This document shows, in pieces, positions 38,039-50,532 of a stretch of 64,000 bases of DNA (positions are counted from its first letter, which is position 1; every line of letters begins with the position of its first letter). The position numbers and the translations under genes are program-made. This stretch comes from Takakia lepidozioides (lineage: Eukaryota > Plantae > Bryophyta), in contig CM060731.1 in the NCBI GenBank assembly GCA_030704615.1, positions 41,478,001-41,542,000 on the forward strand, given 5' to 3'. The notes beneath the pieces were generated by a model, which was given only the letters and a program-made list of their open reading frames with translations, was not told the origin of the DNA and did not search any database.

Positions 38039-39032
38039 TTACTCACATGAGAAATCGGAATCAACATCCAGAGCATCGGGTTCTTGCAGATCCTGCTCCA
38101 CAACAATGTTCTTAGTCTGGGTCGAATGCGATGAACCCCCAGACAGAGGTGCGATGACTTGAGAGTAGAGCTGCTCGTCCCCCCCCCCATCCCAAAAAAA
38201 TGCCTTCCTGCATACTTGCATGCATGGAAGGAAGCCCCTGCAACAGTGCAAATGGATCCACGAAACAAAGTAAGAAGCACAATCTGAAGGCAAAGAAGTG
38301 CACCCAAGAAATGGAATATGATTGGGCACCAACCTGTACCCATGGACAGGTCCACCACTTTCCCACCATGCCGGCTGCATGTCTCAATCAAAGTCTGCAT
38401 GAAAGCGGGTGACTTCTCCCGAGCACCTCCCCATGGAATGCCACCAGTTTTTTTCAATGTCTGGGAGGAGTCCACATAGTTGTGGATAACATCGGATTCC
38501 ACAGGGTCGCATTCCGGGTCTATGTGAAGCCCCCTTCCCAAACGTCGAAATGGCCAACATGAGCAGGAGTGGTGTCTGGCCGAATTCGAGCAAGACAAAT
38601 GGCCTTGAACACATGTGTCTGCAGCAGCACCAATGTTAGAAACGTTGTGAAGGGCCACGAAACAATAACACACAACAAAGCCTAGGCGAGTATCTTCTGC
38701 CCGGGAAACTCTGCACTAGATAGTGGCAGGGTGTTGACACAGGTCCAAATTTTGCGGATTTTGAACCCTGAGGACTTCATGTAGCTGTGAAGCATCCGGC
38801 GGGATGCCATGTCCTCACCCTGGAAAATCAGAAGTGACCCAGCGTCAGACAGAAACTTGTTGCTGAAAGAGAAGGCCCACTGCCAGTAAAGTGGATTATG
38901 AGCATTCCAAGCTGGAGTCACATCTGTGGGAATGATATAAGGCACTGGAAACCCATCTAGATATCAATGATGACAAGATCTGTCGCGTAGGGCTGCTGCA
39001 CTCCATTCACCCAACATGGCGTCCTGGTCACC
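38039..39032 (-). pseudogene. Beta-class N6-adenine/N4-cytosine DNA methyltransferase-like domain (spliced, frameshifted)
   Basis: Order is motif-IV-like DLVIIDI.DG.PVP, then FLSDAGSLLIF, GFKIRKIW, then EKSPAFMQTLIETCS.HGGKVVDLSMGT|GASFHAC..GRHFFGM..D. This parallels QKP.AL..RLI..SS.PGD.VLDPF.GSG....A...GR.FIG.E.D. Confidence 0.78.
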
Positions 39033-41525
39033 TGAAATGAGGACAGGCAATCGAATGAGATTGACAAATTGCAGTGGAGACACCCGAACTAGTGATCCGT
39101 TGTACCTCCCATATTAAGATGTCGTTGACGACACCTTAATGCACCACCTACGCTCCCCCAACAATGCAACAAAAATGACCAGAGTACGATAGATGTGGCG
39201 TGCTCACCAGGGTGAGGAAAGAGCATAGATGGTCCCATGTAGGTGACTTGACACCCACAAAAGTGGACTTTCTTGACTCCATCATATGGAGGAAGCTCAC
39301 GTTGGCCGTTTTACGCTGGAAGTGCGGGCCCACCACCCTGGACACACACAGCCGTGCTTCGTAACCTGGGCGTTTCTTTGCTATGACGTGTGTACTGAAC
39401 GATCTACCGCGGTGGATGTGATGGCGATCTGTGTCTGCTGTTTCTTGGCAGGTTGCACAGTCAAATCAACAGAACCCCCAACTAGCCCAGCGGTGTCAGC
39501 AGGGTCTGCTACTGCTTCCCCAGTAGCACCAGCAGCCTCCATTGTCTGTTTCCCCTTCTTTTTCTTCTTGCCGTCAGCAGGGGTGGCCGGTTTTGTAGGA
39601 TTTTTCTTATTCAGTAGCGCCAAGGCTCTTTGCTGCAAGTCCTCATCTATCCGGGGGCCAGTGAATCTGCGTTTTCGTTCTGATTCCTCATGACATTCTC
39701 CTCCCAGGGAGTCGAAACTCTGGGGCAGTCCACGTACCACCCACAGTCATGGTAATGTGCCCAACCCCAGTCCTTCACAATGCCAGCAGTGTACATTGTG
39801 GTTTCATCGTTTGGGTTCGCCCATCCACGAATGAAGTCTGGATCGTCACTCAGTGTGTTCTCCAGAATAAGAACAAAGTGAAAGTACCTGCAGACAATAA
39901 GGCCATCCCGCTTAGATAGTTTCCTTGAACGCAACAGAAATGGCCATTGAACTGCCATAAATGGCTGCATTTCACTCTGAGGATTAAGGTGTCGTCAACG
40001 ACATCTTAATCCAGGCACTAAGAGGCAGGACTCCATAACTGATGTTGCCAATTTTCCAAACAATCAGACCATGTAAGATCCCCCTTCATGGCAAACTCAT
40101 CCCAAGAGGGCATGGATTTAAGGTATCGTCAACGACACCTTAATTCCATCTCTCAAATAGCAATCAAACAAGAGAATGACACAATACAGAACTGCACAAG
40201 ACTGCATGCAATTGAAAGTAGGGACAGAGGTGTAGAGATTGAGGCCACCTTAAATCAAACCCCCTTACAGGATGAAAGTCCCAGAAGGTCCACTGTAAGC
40301 AGGATATGGGCATACCTATAATGTGCAAATTAAGGTGTCGTTGACAACACCTTAATTTCCTCCTCACAGAAAGAGAATTGAGTCAGTGAACACACATGTA
40401 CAGCAGATGTTTCATTGCCTCCTTGCCGTTGTACTGATGATCGAAATCTTTAGATCGAAGAATCCCTCCCTCCTTCTCAAACTCCCGGAAAAATGCATAC
40501 TTCCAGAGCTCCCTTCTCCGTTTACGAACGTAGGATCAAACTTGATGTTGGGAGATGTCATGGTGATTTTGTAGTCTAGTAGTGACTTCTCCAATGTTTC
40601 AATGGCCAGCTTCTCCACCTGCAAAAAGAATGACCATATCTCCAGTGGTTCAACCATAAAAACAATGAAGTCATTGCGAACAATGTGGAACGTTTGGAAA
40701 TTCTTACCTGGCTCCAGAAGGCGGCTTTGTGCAACCATGTCTCAAATGCCTGGTCACTCACTGGTGTCACCACTCCTACCTCAGGGTCCCTATGTGGTTT
40801 TGGGAAATTGTTTGTGTCCCGGACGATTGGATCCGAGTTCCAGATTTCGAGCCACCTCACTTTTTGAGACGGCTCAACCATGGAGATCGACAGACGGTGG
40901 ATCTTTTCCTGTGTCATCTCAGGCTTGGTGGGCTTGTTCCAGTGTATCCGAATCTGCTCCAGAAACCCCTTTCTAGCCCAGGGTCAGCAATTCATATATG
41001 CTTGTCAAACGCACTTTTGAGGTTTTTCCTTGCCGTATCCATCTCATCTTTCATTTTGGTCTCCACCCCATTCGCTGTTCTCTCTTCCTCCGGAGTAGTG
41101 GCATAATACTCCAGCTTCGCTCGCTCTCTAGCATCCGCAATTTCTTGCTGTGACACAAGAACGGTGGCCTATTATTACATCTCAGGCCATGTAGGGACAA
41201 CTTCAAACCAAACATGAAAGAAAACTCAAGACAGACAAGGAACTAGTCTTACCGCGTACAAGTACTCGAGGAAAGCTTCCCTCGTTAGATTGTACCAAGT
41301 TTCAGACTTCTTGATTGTCTGGCATTTCTTCAGTGTCTCCGCAGACAAGACGCTGGAGAATGTTTCCAACGGCATGACTCCTATACTTTGCATCCGAAAC
41401 AGTGTAGGCACTATGTTCATGGTGACGTGTGATGTCTCTGTGCCCCTGCATTGAAAGCAAATGAGTACAAGAATCTTGAAGCGAGGGACAGAAATGTAGT
41501 TCACAAAGAGGAAACAAAACAAAAC
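39033..41525 (-). pseudogene. Central exons linking the ParB-like and MTase domains (exact structure uncertain)
   Basis: Co-oriented ORF pieces (41226-41522, 40576-40917, 39647-39970, 39381-39740) with GT-AG boundaries. Confidence 0.55.
39113..40356. repeat. Four dispersed copies of the 28-bp palindrome ATTAAGGTGTCGTCAACGACATCTTAAT
   Basis: Copies at 39113-39140 (reverse orientation), 39983-40010, 40117-40144 and 40329-40356; apparently intronic. Confidence 0.95.
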
Positions 41526-42093
41526 TTACTTGTTGACATCGTGCATGGCAGTCAGAAGTTGGGTTATTTTGCCTTGTGGATCCAAAACCATTGACAAAAC
41601 TCGGTGGTGCCAGTCTTTGTTGTCGTCATACATTCTCGTGATATATTCCATCCAGGCAACCAAACGGTGATTACCATCCCATACGAAGAACATCTTCCCC
41701 ATGTACTGCATGTGAGATGGGTTCTGGAAAAGCTCTGCCTCAAACTCCGAATTCACCTCATTCCAAAGCGGGTCCCAACCGGCCATAATCTCTTCGTCAA
41801 CCAATTTTTCTGATCCCTGGATGTCTGTCACTGAAACGTAAAAAACTGCGGAGCCCTTCAAGTACCCGTGGATGAAATCACCCTGTAGCTTCTTGATATC
41901 ATGATGCAGGGCTGTACGAACGGCAGACATGGAAATCATCCTGCATAGGGGAATCATAAGAGTGTCGTCCCGAACTTCCATGGAATTTATGACCTTCCTG
42001 GAGCTTACCTTAGAGGTATACATCAATGAATGAACTTTATCTTCGTAATTGTCAGATGGGTCTTCATCTTGAGTATCAGGACAGATGTCTCCT
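41526..42093 (-). CDS. ParB/sulfiredoxin-like domain exon, 5'-truncated by a CACTA end
   Basis: IPL..M...VR....DIKKL..DF..GY and FFVWDGNHRLVAW (ParB G.HR motif). The frame is open from 42093 to a gtaag donor near 41529. Confidence 0.75.
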
Positions 42094-42790
42094 CACTACA
42101 GGAAAAGGGGGGCCTTTGCGACACCCGCGCCACGCCGCAGCGTCGGGAAAACGCCATTTTCAGGCACGCGGGAGGCGCAGAATTTGCGACGCCCGGCCGT
42201 CGCCCTGCAATCGCAAGGGCGTCGCCAAAATGACGTCGCAAAAATGCGACGTATGGGGGTCGCGAGCCCCCGCCCCAACTCCCGCAACTGCCGGACGTCG
42301 GTTTTTCAGGCCGTCCACGCCGATGGCAGGAGCCTCTTCGAGCGACGTCTCGCCATTGCGGCCCTCCAGCTGATGGCATTGGTGGGGGCGCCAGCGCGGC
42401 GTCGCATTTTTATTTATTTTTTTCTAACCTACCCGGGAGTCAGCCGGGTGGTACGCCAAGCGACTATTGGGCGTGGCACAAAACAGCAGGAGTCGGTCTC
42501 CGCCACGCCCGGGCGTGGGTTGTTGCGATGCTCCGGCGTCGCTTTTGTTTTAAATTTAATATTTAAAAATAAAAATAAAAACGTGGCGCAGGCAGGGTGG
42601 CGGTCTCCGCGACGCCAGGGCGTCGCGGCTTGCGACCGCCGGACTAAAAAACACGTCGCAGGGGGTGTCGGGCGCTGCCGTCCACAAATGGGGTTTGCGA
42701 CGCCCGACCGTCGCTGCTTGCAAACCCCGCCCAAAAAACACGTCGCCATTGGCGACGTGCTGCAGTCGCGAGGGCAGCCTGGTGGGGGGG
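42094..42790 (+). mobile_element. CACTA (EnSpm) left terminus with subterminal repeats
   Basis: CACTACAGGAAAA at 42094, followed by about 700 bp dense in GCGAC/GTCGC motifs in both orientations; interrupts an open frame. Confidence 0.8.
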
Positions 42791-42982
42791 GGGGGTTGGG
42801 GGTGGTTTTTTGTTTTTTTCCTGGTTTTGTATTTGGGGATGGGAGAACTTACAGTTCCATTTCTCTGAGTTAGCAGGTACACAATTGAGCAAGCATGAAT
42901 CGAGGGTGAGGACGGTGCGACACGTGAATATGATGGAAGATGGAAAGATGGAAATATATTTACACTAAATGAGCTGAAAAGC

Positions 42983-45294
42983 TCACAAGGGTTCAGTAGA
43001 CTGACCTTGGGACCTACATGGACTAGGACTAGTCGTCCTCATCCTCATCCTTAGTGGAGGACTCAGAGCTATCCGATGAGCCTCATGACTCCGCGCCCTT
43101 TGCCAGAGCACGTAAATGAGGCGACGTTCCCCTAAGTCCCACAGAGCTTTTATCCAATCCCTAGGCATGACCCTCGACCTCATCCATACTAGTGCCATGT
43201 AGTGCACTCATCCCCTCTGTGTTGGCCATGTTCTTCATGAGGGATTGCCAACCATGCTCCTTGGCGTAGTTGTACTCTAGCGGAGATGGCTTCCTCTCAA
43301 ACGCGCATTGCTACACATGCCACAAATTAAAGTCAGTTCTTCGCGATGATGGAGCAAGAAAGAAGACATAACAAAATCCATAGGGAAGTACGACTTACAA
43401 ATCGCAAGATAAAACCCTTGGATCCGCCGGCGCCCCACTTGTGTGTGGATTCGTGCTTGTCAAGGCAGACTGTTGTTGCTTCGCGTGCCCGGTCAAATTT
43501 GGCCTTGTTTGCGGCATCAGTCTCTCCCGCAATGAGTGCATCCCACGATACTTATGCCCCCCCCCCCCCCCCCCCATCAATTAGTGAATTACACACATAC
43601 GTTGCATCGAATCCACCTCATTAATGCACATGCGACAAATGGAAGGTGACATGATTCAGGATTTGCCAACCTGTGTAATTCCATAAGGTGGTTTGGGTAT
43701 GGCCCCCTTTTCCATTGCCCTCCGAATGATCTGTCTGGCACGGTACCTCCTGTCCTTCAAGTTTCGCCCCACCATCTCCATCACCCTTGTGTCACTCCAA
43801 TTGCCCGGAAACTAGCGGTCTAACTCACGGGCATACGCCCATATCGCGCCAAAGTGCTGATCAGCCCACTCGATGTGCAAAGGGAACCACCTCAATGCGA
43901 GTTCGAAGGTTGGCTTCTTCATAGCCTCCCAGAACGCACCGCAGGGGTCACCATGGCGATTCACCTCCACCGGTGGCACCACGATCTTTGCCAACTCCAC
44001 GTCCTGTATCGCCAAGGTCATCCCACCCTCTCCCTTCTTTGTAGCCTCCTTCCCCTGCTCCTTTGTTACCCCACTGCCCTCCCCCACATGCACACTCACC
44101 CCTTCCTCTCCATGGGACTTCTTTTTCTTCTTCTTCTTTTCCTTCCCCTTCTCCACGACCATCTCCTTCCCCTTCCCCGCTACTTCCTCTCTCTCCTTCT
44201 CCCTCTCCCTTCTCTCTCTCTCCTCAGCAGCCCCTTCATTGATGGGAAAAGGGATCTCGGGAGATCGAGGCCTCTTCTTCTTACCTTTGGTGTTCGGGTC
44301 CTTCATGAACACCACGTGCTCTCCCTCATTGGCAACCCCACTGGACTGCACCAATGAGGCCAGCCATGTTGCTGCCTCCTGAAGACAAATAACCCCTCCA
44401 AATTCAAAAAAAGAAACAAACAACAAAGAAAATCATGCATGCAAAGGAAAGGATAAATCATGGAACAAGGTGCGACAGTTGTACCTTTGCAAGCTTGTCC
44501 GACTCGCCCCTGGTATCACCCGATGTGGGAGGAGTCCCCGTTTCCGGATGTTCCCACTCTATCCCCTCCCGGAGCGCCACTGGAAGTAGATTCCAGATGT
44601 GGAGCATAGCCGGCGGCGGCACCCCGTAGTCCAGGCCCTTCTTTGCTGACCGCTCAGGCTCAGGGGGCGGTGTCGCTGATCGGCTAGGCTGCTCCGAACC
44701 GGCCCATACCTCCTCCTCTCCCCCCCCCCCCCCCAAATGCGTATCAGGGTAGAAGGCCTCACCCGGCTTGACTTCTTCGAGGCGCTTTGCTATCTTGGCC
44801 ACTTCATTGGCCCTCCTCGTCTCCACCTCCCTCATCGACAACAATGGGCTAGCAATGGAGGCTTTCATCCTTGAACCTGACGTTGGGCCTTGGCAAGTGC
44901 AGCCTTTGCTGCGGAGGAAGGGGTCGCTATGGGGGTGACATCCAAAAGGTGCCCATACCGGGCCCCCAAACGGGTGATGTGCTTGCCAAGGTACATTTCA
45001 CCCGTCTTGGTGGCCGGGGGTGTGCTCAACTGAACATCCGGCTCAGCAACAACCTCCCGAATAGGAGAGTTGGCTGAGCCGGCCCCTGGCGCATCCAAGA
45101 TGTGGACAAGAGGGGGGTACTGGCCTCGGGGGCAGACGAGCCCTCCGGCTGTGGCTATCGACGGGGCTGGTTAGCCGTGAGACGCCCTGGCGCGTCACAC
45201 GTGCCGGCAGAGCAAACGGATTGTCCGCCCCTTTCTTTGGGGCAGGGGACTTCTTTTCTTTCCCTGTAAGGTGGCACCTGTCATGCAAACCCAC
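42983..45294 (-). CDS. Multi-exon, low-complexity (Lys/Glu/Pro-rich) transposon-internal gene of unknown function
   Basis: Co-oriented ORFs 43812-44426, 44458-44868, 44865-45098 and 45043-45294 next to the CACTA end; poly-C frameshifts. Confidence 0.45.
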
Positions 45295-47320
45295 AAGTTG
45301 GCCTCATTAGGAACATTCCAGATTAAAAACAAAAAAGACCAAGCATGTCGGGGGCTGAGAGCAGCAAGTGCTCGGGGTCTCGAGAGGGGGCAACAAAGAG
45401 AAAAGAAAAAGGTGGGGGGGGGGAAGTGACTGAGCACCACCAGCAGCTGCTGAGCACCACGGGCTCAGTCACACCCCCCCCCCCCCCTTTTTTATTTATT
45501 TTTGTTTCCTGATCTCTCCCTCTCTCTCCCTCTCTCTCCCTCTGGACATTGGGCTTATGGAATTGTTGTCCTGACTTCCATTTTTGAGGAAATTGGAAAA
45601 ATTTGCAAAATTGGGTTGCAGGGAATTTTGGATGTTTTTTTTATCCAAAATGATTGTTTTTAAAAAAAAAATTCCTAGTGAAATATTTCTTCACTAAAAA
45701 ACCTGTGAGTTGCAAAACTCCCGTCATTTTCTACTTTTTCAATCCAACCTGGATGAAAAAATGACTTCATCTGACGGGACCTAAATACAGGGTAAGATAG
45801 GTAAAAAACCCCCCCATGTTTTTTCATCTAACCTAGATGAAATACGGACTACATCCGTTGAGTGCAAGACAAGATAAAAGCACGATGTCTTTCATCTTCC
45901 ACGGATGAGAAACGGACAATGTCCGTCGGGCGGACAGACTGGCGGATGTTTTTCATCCTGAGAAGGATGAATGACAGGCCAGACAGGGGAAAACCCTGTG
46001 CAACCCTAATGTCTTTCTTTTTGCGCTGCGAGAGCGCGCGCAATGGCGGCTTGTGAGGAGCGATGGTGCTCGTGCTGCAGATTCCTTGAACTGCCAATCC
46101 TTGAGTGTTTATGGCTCCTGTGAGCGACGCCTGGGCGGGCTCTTTAAGGCGATGGCGGTGGCTTAGAGATGAGGGAAGATTCCCTATCTCAGTTGTCTGT
46201 TTTTTTGTTGCACAAGGGAACCGCGGCAGTGATGGCGGAGGTACCACCTGCATGCCTATGATGTTTCCCTAGGAGCCCTCCTCTGGATCTTTGATGAATG
46301 GTGGCACAAGGAAGTCTCTCTCCCTCCCTTTATAAACCCTACCTTTTGAGACCAAGCTCTTTTTTTCTTGTGCTTGACAAGACCTTGCTTTGGTTAAGGT
46401 AGCAGTGCTGTGGTGCTGGCGGAGTCCTCCCTGCACGGTTAGGCTTGTGGAGAGATGGCAACTCTCCCCCAAACAGTAAAAAAGGTTCTTTTTCTGTTGG
46501 TTTTGCTTCCTTGCTTGCTTTGGCATTCTCTGCACTTAGATTGAAGTGTATTTGACCTCGATAGCAAGGGTGGAAGCCTGCTACTCACCTCGTGCATCCT
46601 CACTAACTCACAATGCGTTGTGGTTATTTTTGGGACAGGCACAGGTGAGGGCTTCCACTTAATATTCTGATGTCTAGGTGCTACTGGATGCCAAGTGGGA
46701 TTGCAGAGCAGGGGAAGGAATCGTTTGCCAGGGACTCATCTTAAAATGTTGAAAAACTAAAGTACTCTATGGTTTTTCTTGATCCTACCTCTTTCCTTAC
46801 TTGATTTTTGAAGAACAAGTGTAATGCTTTCTACGATGGGCTAGTTCGGCCCAGCCAGTGGAAAACCTCTGTTATATGGTGACAGCCTGATTTATGATGG
46901 CGTGTGTGAGAGACACACATCTATTTTCCAGGCCCTAGTTCGCTTTGCTTACCTTAATGGTAGTTAGAAACAAAGTGAGAGGCTGTAAGGAAATGGTTGC
47001 TGCAGCTACTCGGCTACCTTTGTTGGTAAAAGGCCCCTGTTATGTTCCAACCCAGATGGCCTTGTTAGCTAGATGCTTAGGCCAAGGTATGGTGAAGTTT
47101 CTCAGTGGCATACTCTCTGGATTATGAATAATACTGACATGAACACATTACTGTGCATGGATGTAATTATGGATTTTCTAAGCTTGATGATTGATGGATG
47201 GTGCCACTGTTAAGTGGCTGATATGTCTATTTATTCTTTCATGACAACGACCCTAGGGGTCCTGTCTTTGTCTTGACATGACAAAAAATATCTTCCCTCT
47301 CTTTTGTGTTGCTCTCTTTT

Positions 47321-47760
47321 AAGCTCCCGACACCCTAAATTCAAGGTCAGATGGTGGGTTCAGCTGCAATATATGTCCAACACCAGATATCCTAAGTTAA
47401 TCGTCTCTATATCTTGGAAACAGGACCGCCCTGTCAAACAGGGTGAGCCCTGGGAGAAGAGAGTAAAAGAGATTCTCAAGGATTTGAATCTGGACCCGCA
47501 AGTCTTGACCTTGCTGGATAAACCTGACTTAGAGAGTGTAGTGTCCAAAGCCATGTTTGTTACTAGAAAATTGTCCAATGAAAATGAAGTTAGGAAGAAA
47601 CTTCCCTGAACCTGTTTCCAGTCTGTGACATGGGGGAGGACATCATGGATGCGCTCAAGGGTCTATCCCACTCTTGGCACCAGACCTAAATTTAAAGTCA
47701 GGGCAGGAAGACTACCTTTGAACAGTAAACAGAAGCAGAGATGAAAGAGAGAGTGCAATT
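47321..47760 (+). mobile_element. LINE 3' fragment, same family as 12422-16636
   Basis: High nucleotide similarity to 15901-16265 (FKVRWW.QLQ.M.NTRYPKLI.SISWKQDRPVKQ). Confidence 0.9.
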
Positions 47761-48204
47761 TCCCTGACGTACCTCTGCTGCTGCTGGTGCTTGAAGCGAG
47801 CTGGCGCGACGAGTTGCTACGGTGCTGTCGCGGCTGCCAGCGGCGCGGGTCCCCGCCGCTGCAGGGCGTCTCTCCCCCGTTCACCACGGCTCTCTCTCTC
47901 TCTCTCTCTCTCTCTCTTCAGCTCGTTAGGTCGCGCCTCTGCGCGGCGTTCCTACCACACAAGGGAGAGAGACATCAGCCCGTGCTTAGGGCAAGAAAGA
48001 AAGACATAAAGTGAGGGAGGAGGCGGTGCTTACCTTGGGCGTTGGAGCGGCGTTGGGGCAAACTCCTTGAGGCCTTGCGACCACCTCGGGCTTAGCAGCA
48101 GGTGCGTTTCTCCTCCACCCTAAACCCCACTCTCTGCACTACCTCTCTCCCAAAGAACAAACAAAAACGGGAGGGGAAAGAGATGCTTGAAGCATTTAGG
48201 GAAA

Positions 48205-48460
48205 AAAAATGGCGCGGCGCCCACGTGTGACGCCCGGCCGTCGCACGCTTGCGCCCGCCCTTTTTTGAAATGTAATAATGAAGATTGCGATGGCTGGCCT
48301 TCGTTTCTTGCGACCCCCGGCCCCATAAATAAGAAAACACGTCGCCCCCCGCCACGGCTATCCGTCGCGGGGTGCGACATCCAGTTATAAAATAAAATAA
48401 AATAAAACTCGTCGTCCAATGCGACGCCAGGGTGTCGCAGGAGGCGACGGCCGGCCTTTC
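48205..48460. repeat. Second GCGAC/GTCGC motif cluster (CACTA-type subterminal or internal repeats)
   Basis: Same motifs and AT-rich spacers as 42110-42790. Confidence 0.65.
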
Positions 48461-49734
48461 TGGATTTAGGGTTTAGGGCCTTTTGGGTTTCTTAGTTTTT
48501 ATTTTATTTATTTATTTTTTCATATGGTACTAGGTTAGGGTGTTTGCTTTTCTTTATGGTGCTGGGTTTTGGATTGGCGGTTTTGGTTGTGGGTCTTGGG
48601 GTTAAAAGGATAAACGGTGTAATTAGGATTCACATACCCAAAATGTGGTTCAATCTGATCATCACAAAGCGCTGGGTCTCAACAATTTTTTCCATAGTGT
48701 GAGCATCATGAAGATAGAACGAGAGGAAGGATTTATTGTCTTGGGCTCTAGCACCATAGGGATGCTCCGCCTTTGGTTACCAATTTTGAAAGCCCTGAGG
48801 CTGAGGCATAGGGTTTTTTTGCCAACGGTTTTTGAGAAATGAAAGTGTTGGTGGTGTGTGTTAATTAGGATGGGATGGTGAGGAAACATCGACCCATCTC
48901 CCTCAAGGATAGGGAGGTAGTACCACATATCGATTGTGGCCCTAGAGCGATCATTTTTCGTGGCGAGGAGGCACCCATTGCACCTGATCCAATACAGGCT
49001 GCCGGGCACAATCGTAGAAGGGACCGGGGCCAAATTTCAGGTGATGCGGAGGATGTTGACACTCCGGGATCGAGTCGGGCGCGCCGCGGGTTGCCCCCTC
49101 GCGGGCCACCTTGTCCAACCACGTCCACCTTTGACCCCCCCCCCCCCCCCCGACAGGATTGAGTGTTGGTGCACTAAGTGTTGGGAACGGATACCGCCGG
49201 GCGGCACCAGACCACCGAGGCGGCGACCGCATGTTGTCGAAAAACATTACAAGAAGAACAAGATTGCAGATGCGGCAAAGGTGAATGTTTTTCCCACCCC
49301 TCTCATTAACATTCATTTAAGGTACATTTAGGTTTATCTAATAATATAGTATGATTGGTAAGCATACATGAATCAAAATTACGACATAAGTATTGATGCG
49401 TTGTTCACTACGCACATTGCAGCCACGACTTGATGCCCAAGCTCGCAATCACATTGCACATGAGGCATTTTGTGCCGGTCTACCTGCAGAATTTGTGCCA
49501 GAGCATGTGCCCGATGTGACCAGTTGGTTCCCCCAGCAACACGTAGATGAGATGCGTAGGGTCGAGGGGTATCGTAGGTGTTGTAGGCGTTATGGCCGGC
49601 GACGAGCAGGCCCACCCCCCCCTCCAGTTTCCTCAGGCGGTCCCCCTGATTGTGTCCTCCCCCCCCCCCGTCTGTTTCTTTGCCTGATCTGGACGTTGTA
49701 CCCTCGGCTGCACCTCCGACATTACATCCTCAAC

Positions 49735-49832
49735 CACCTCCACTTTCATCTCCTCCGCCAACAGTACCACCTCCACCTCCACCACCACCACCACCACCAC
49801 CACCTCCACCTCCACCTCCACCTCCACCTCCA
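49735..49832 (+). repeat. (CCA/CCT)n microsatellite, poly-Pro coding potential
   Basis: Direct reading of the sequence. Confidence 0.9.
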
Positions 49833-50019
49833 CGTGCATGTGCCCCCCGAACCCCTAGGAGGGGTCGGCTTCGCCCTAGGTTTCCTCCCCTTCGGCTTGG
49901 GCGGCCTGAGCCGGATCCTCGCCCCCGATGGGAAGCGCATAAGACTATGTTACTGAGGACCGTCCAGCCTCATTGTTGGGGGAATCATCTCGACCCTCCC
50001 ACCCCCATCCGAAAAAAAT

Positions 50020-50532
50020 GTGGAGTTCGAGTATTGGGGGAGACGGTATGTTGTGACAGCCGCTACAGACTCTGCTATGGGTCGGGGTTTATTCACGGTC
50101 AATGATATTGTGGTTCCTCCTCGGAGAAACAACATGGTGGACTTGTTTTCCTACTACGGTCCATACTACACCTCCGCGGAGTTCCGTACATTACGCCTCG
50201 AAGCCCCATACATCGTACCCTACATTTTGTGTGTCAACGGACAGGATGTACGTAGACGGGGGTTGTCTCCAATTGAGATCATATTTTGTGATGGTAACCC
50301 CAACATCTTTGGCAATGTTGTTGGGCTGGTCAATAGTTCTTTTGGTCATCCTAGGAGAACCAATGTAGTATGGGACGAGCGAAGCGATGGGCATGAGAGC
50401 TTTTGTGGTCATACGTCAGTATACTGTGAGGGGATGCACATGTTTGTGATGACATGTGCTAGTAGGACTATTAGGGTTGGCAGCGAATTATTTGCATCAT
50501 ACGAGTTCTCCCGGGATGATTGGGACCTCTGA
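50020..50532 (+). CDS. SET-domain protein (likely terminal part of a gene starting near 48875)
   Basis: MGRGLF (motif I), YYG, GLVNSS (NHS-like), NV.W and ASRTIRVGSELFASY (A.RDI..GEEL..DY-like). Confidence 0.78.
   Translation: MEFEYWGRRYVVTAATDSAMGRGLFTVNDIVVPPRRNNMVDLFSYYGPYYTSAEFRTLRLEAPYIVPYILCVNGQDVRRRGLSPIEIIFCDGNPNIFGNVVGLVNSSFGHPRRTNVVWDERSDGHESFCGHTSVYCEGMHMFVMTCASRTIRVGSELFASYEFSRDDWDL

Noticed and set aside
42023-42892. Long overlapping ORFs (up to 262 aa)
   Set aside because: Stop-poor GC-rich CACTA subterminal repeats.
49633-49956. Poly-His, poly-Val and poly-Trp ORFs
   Set aside because: Alternative frames of a CCA/CCT microsatellite.
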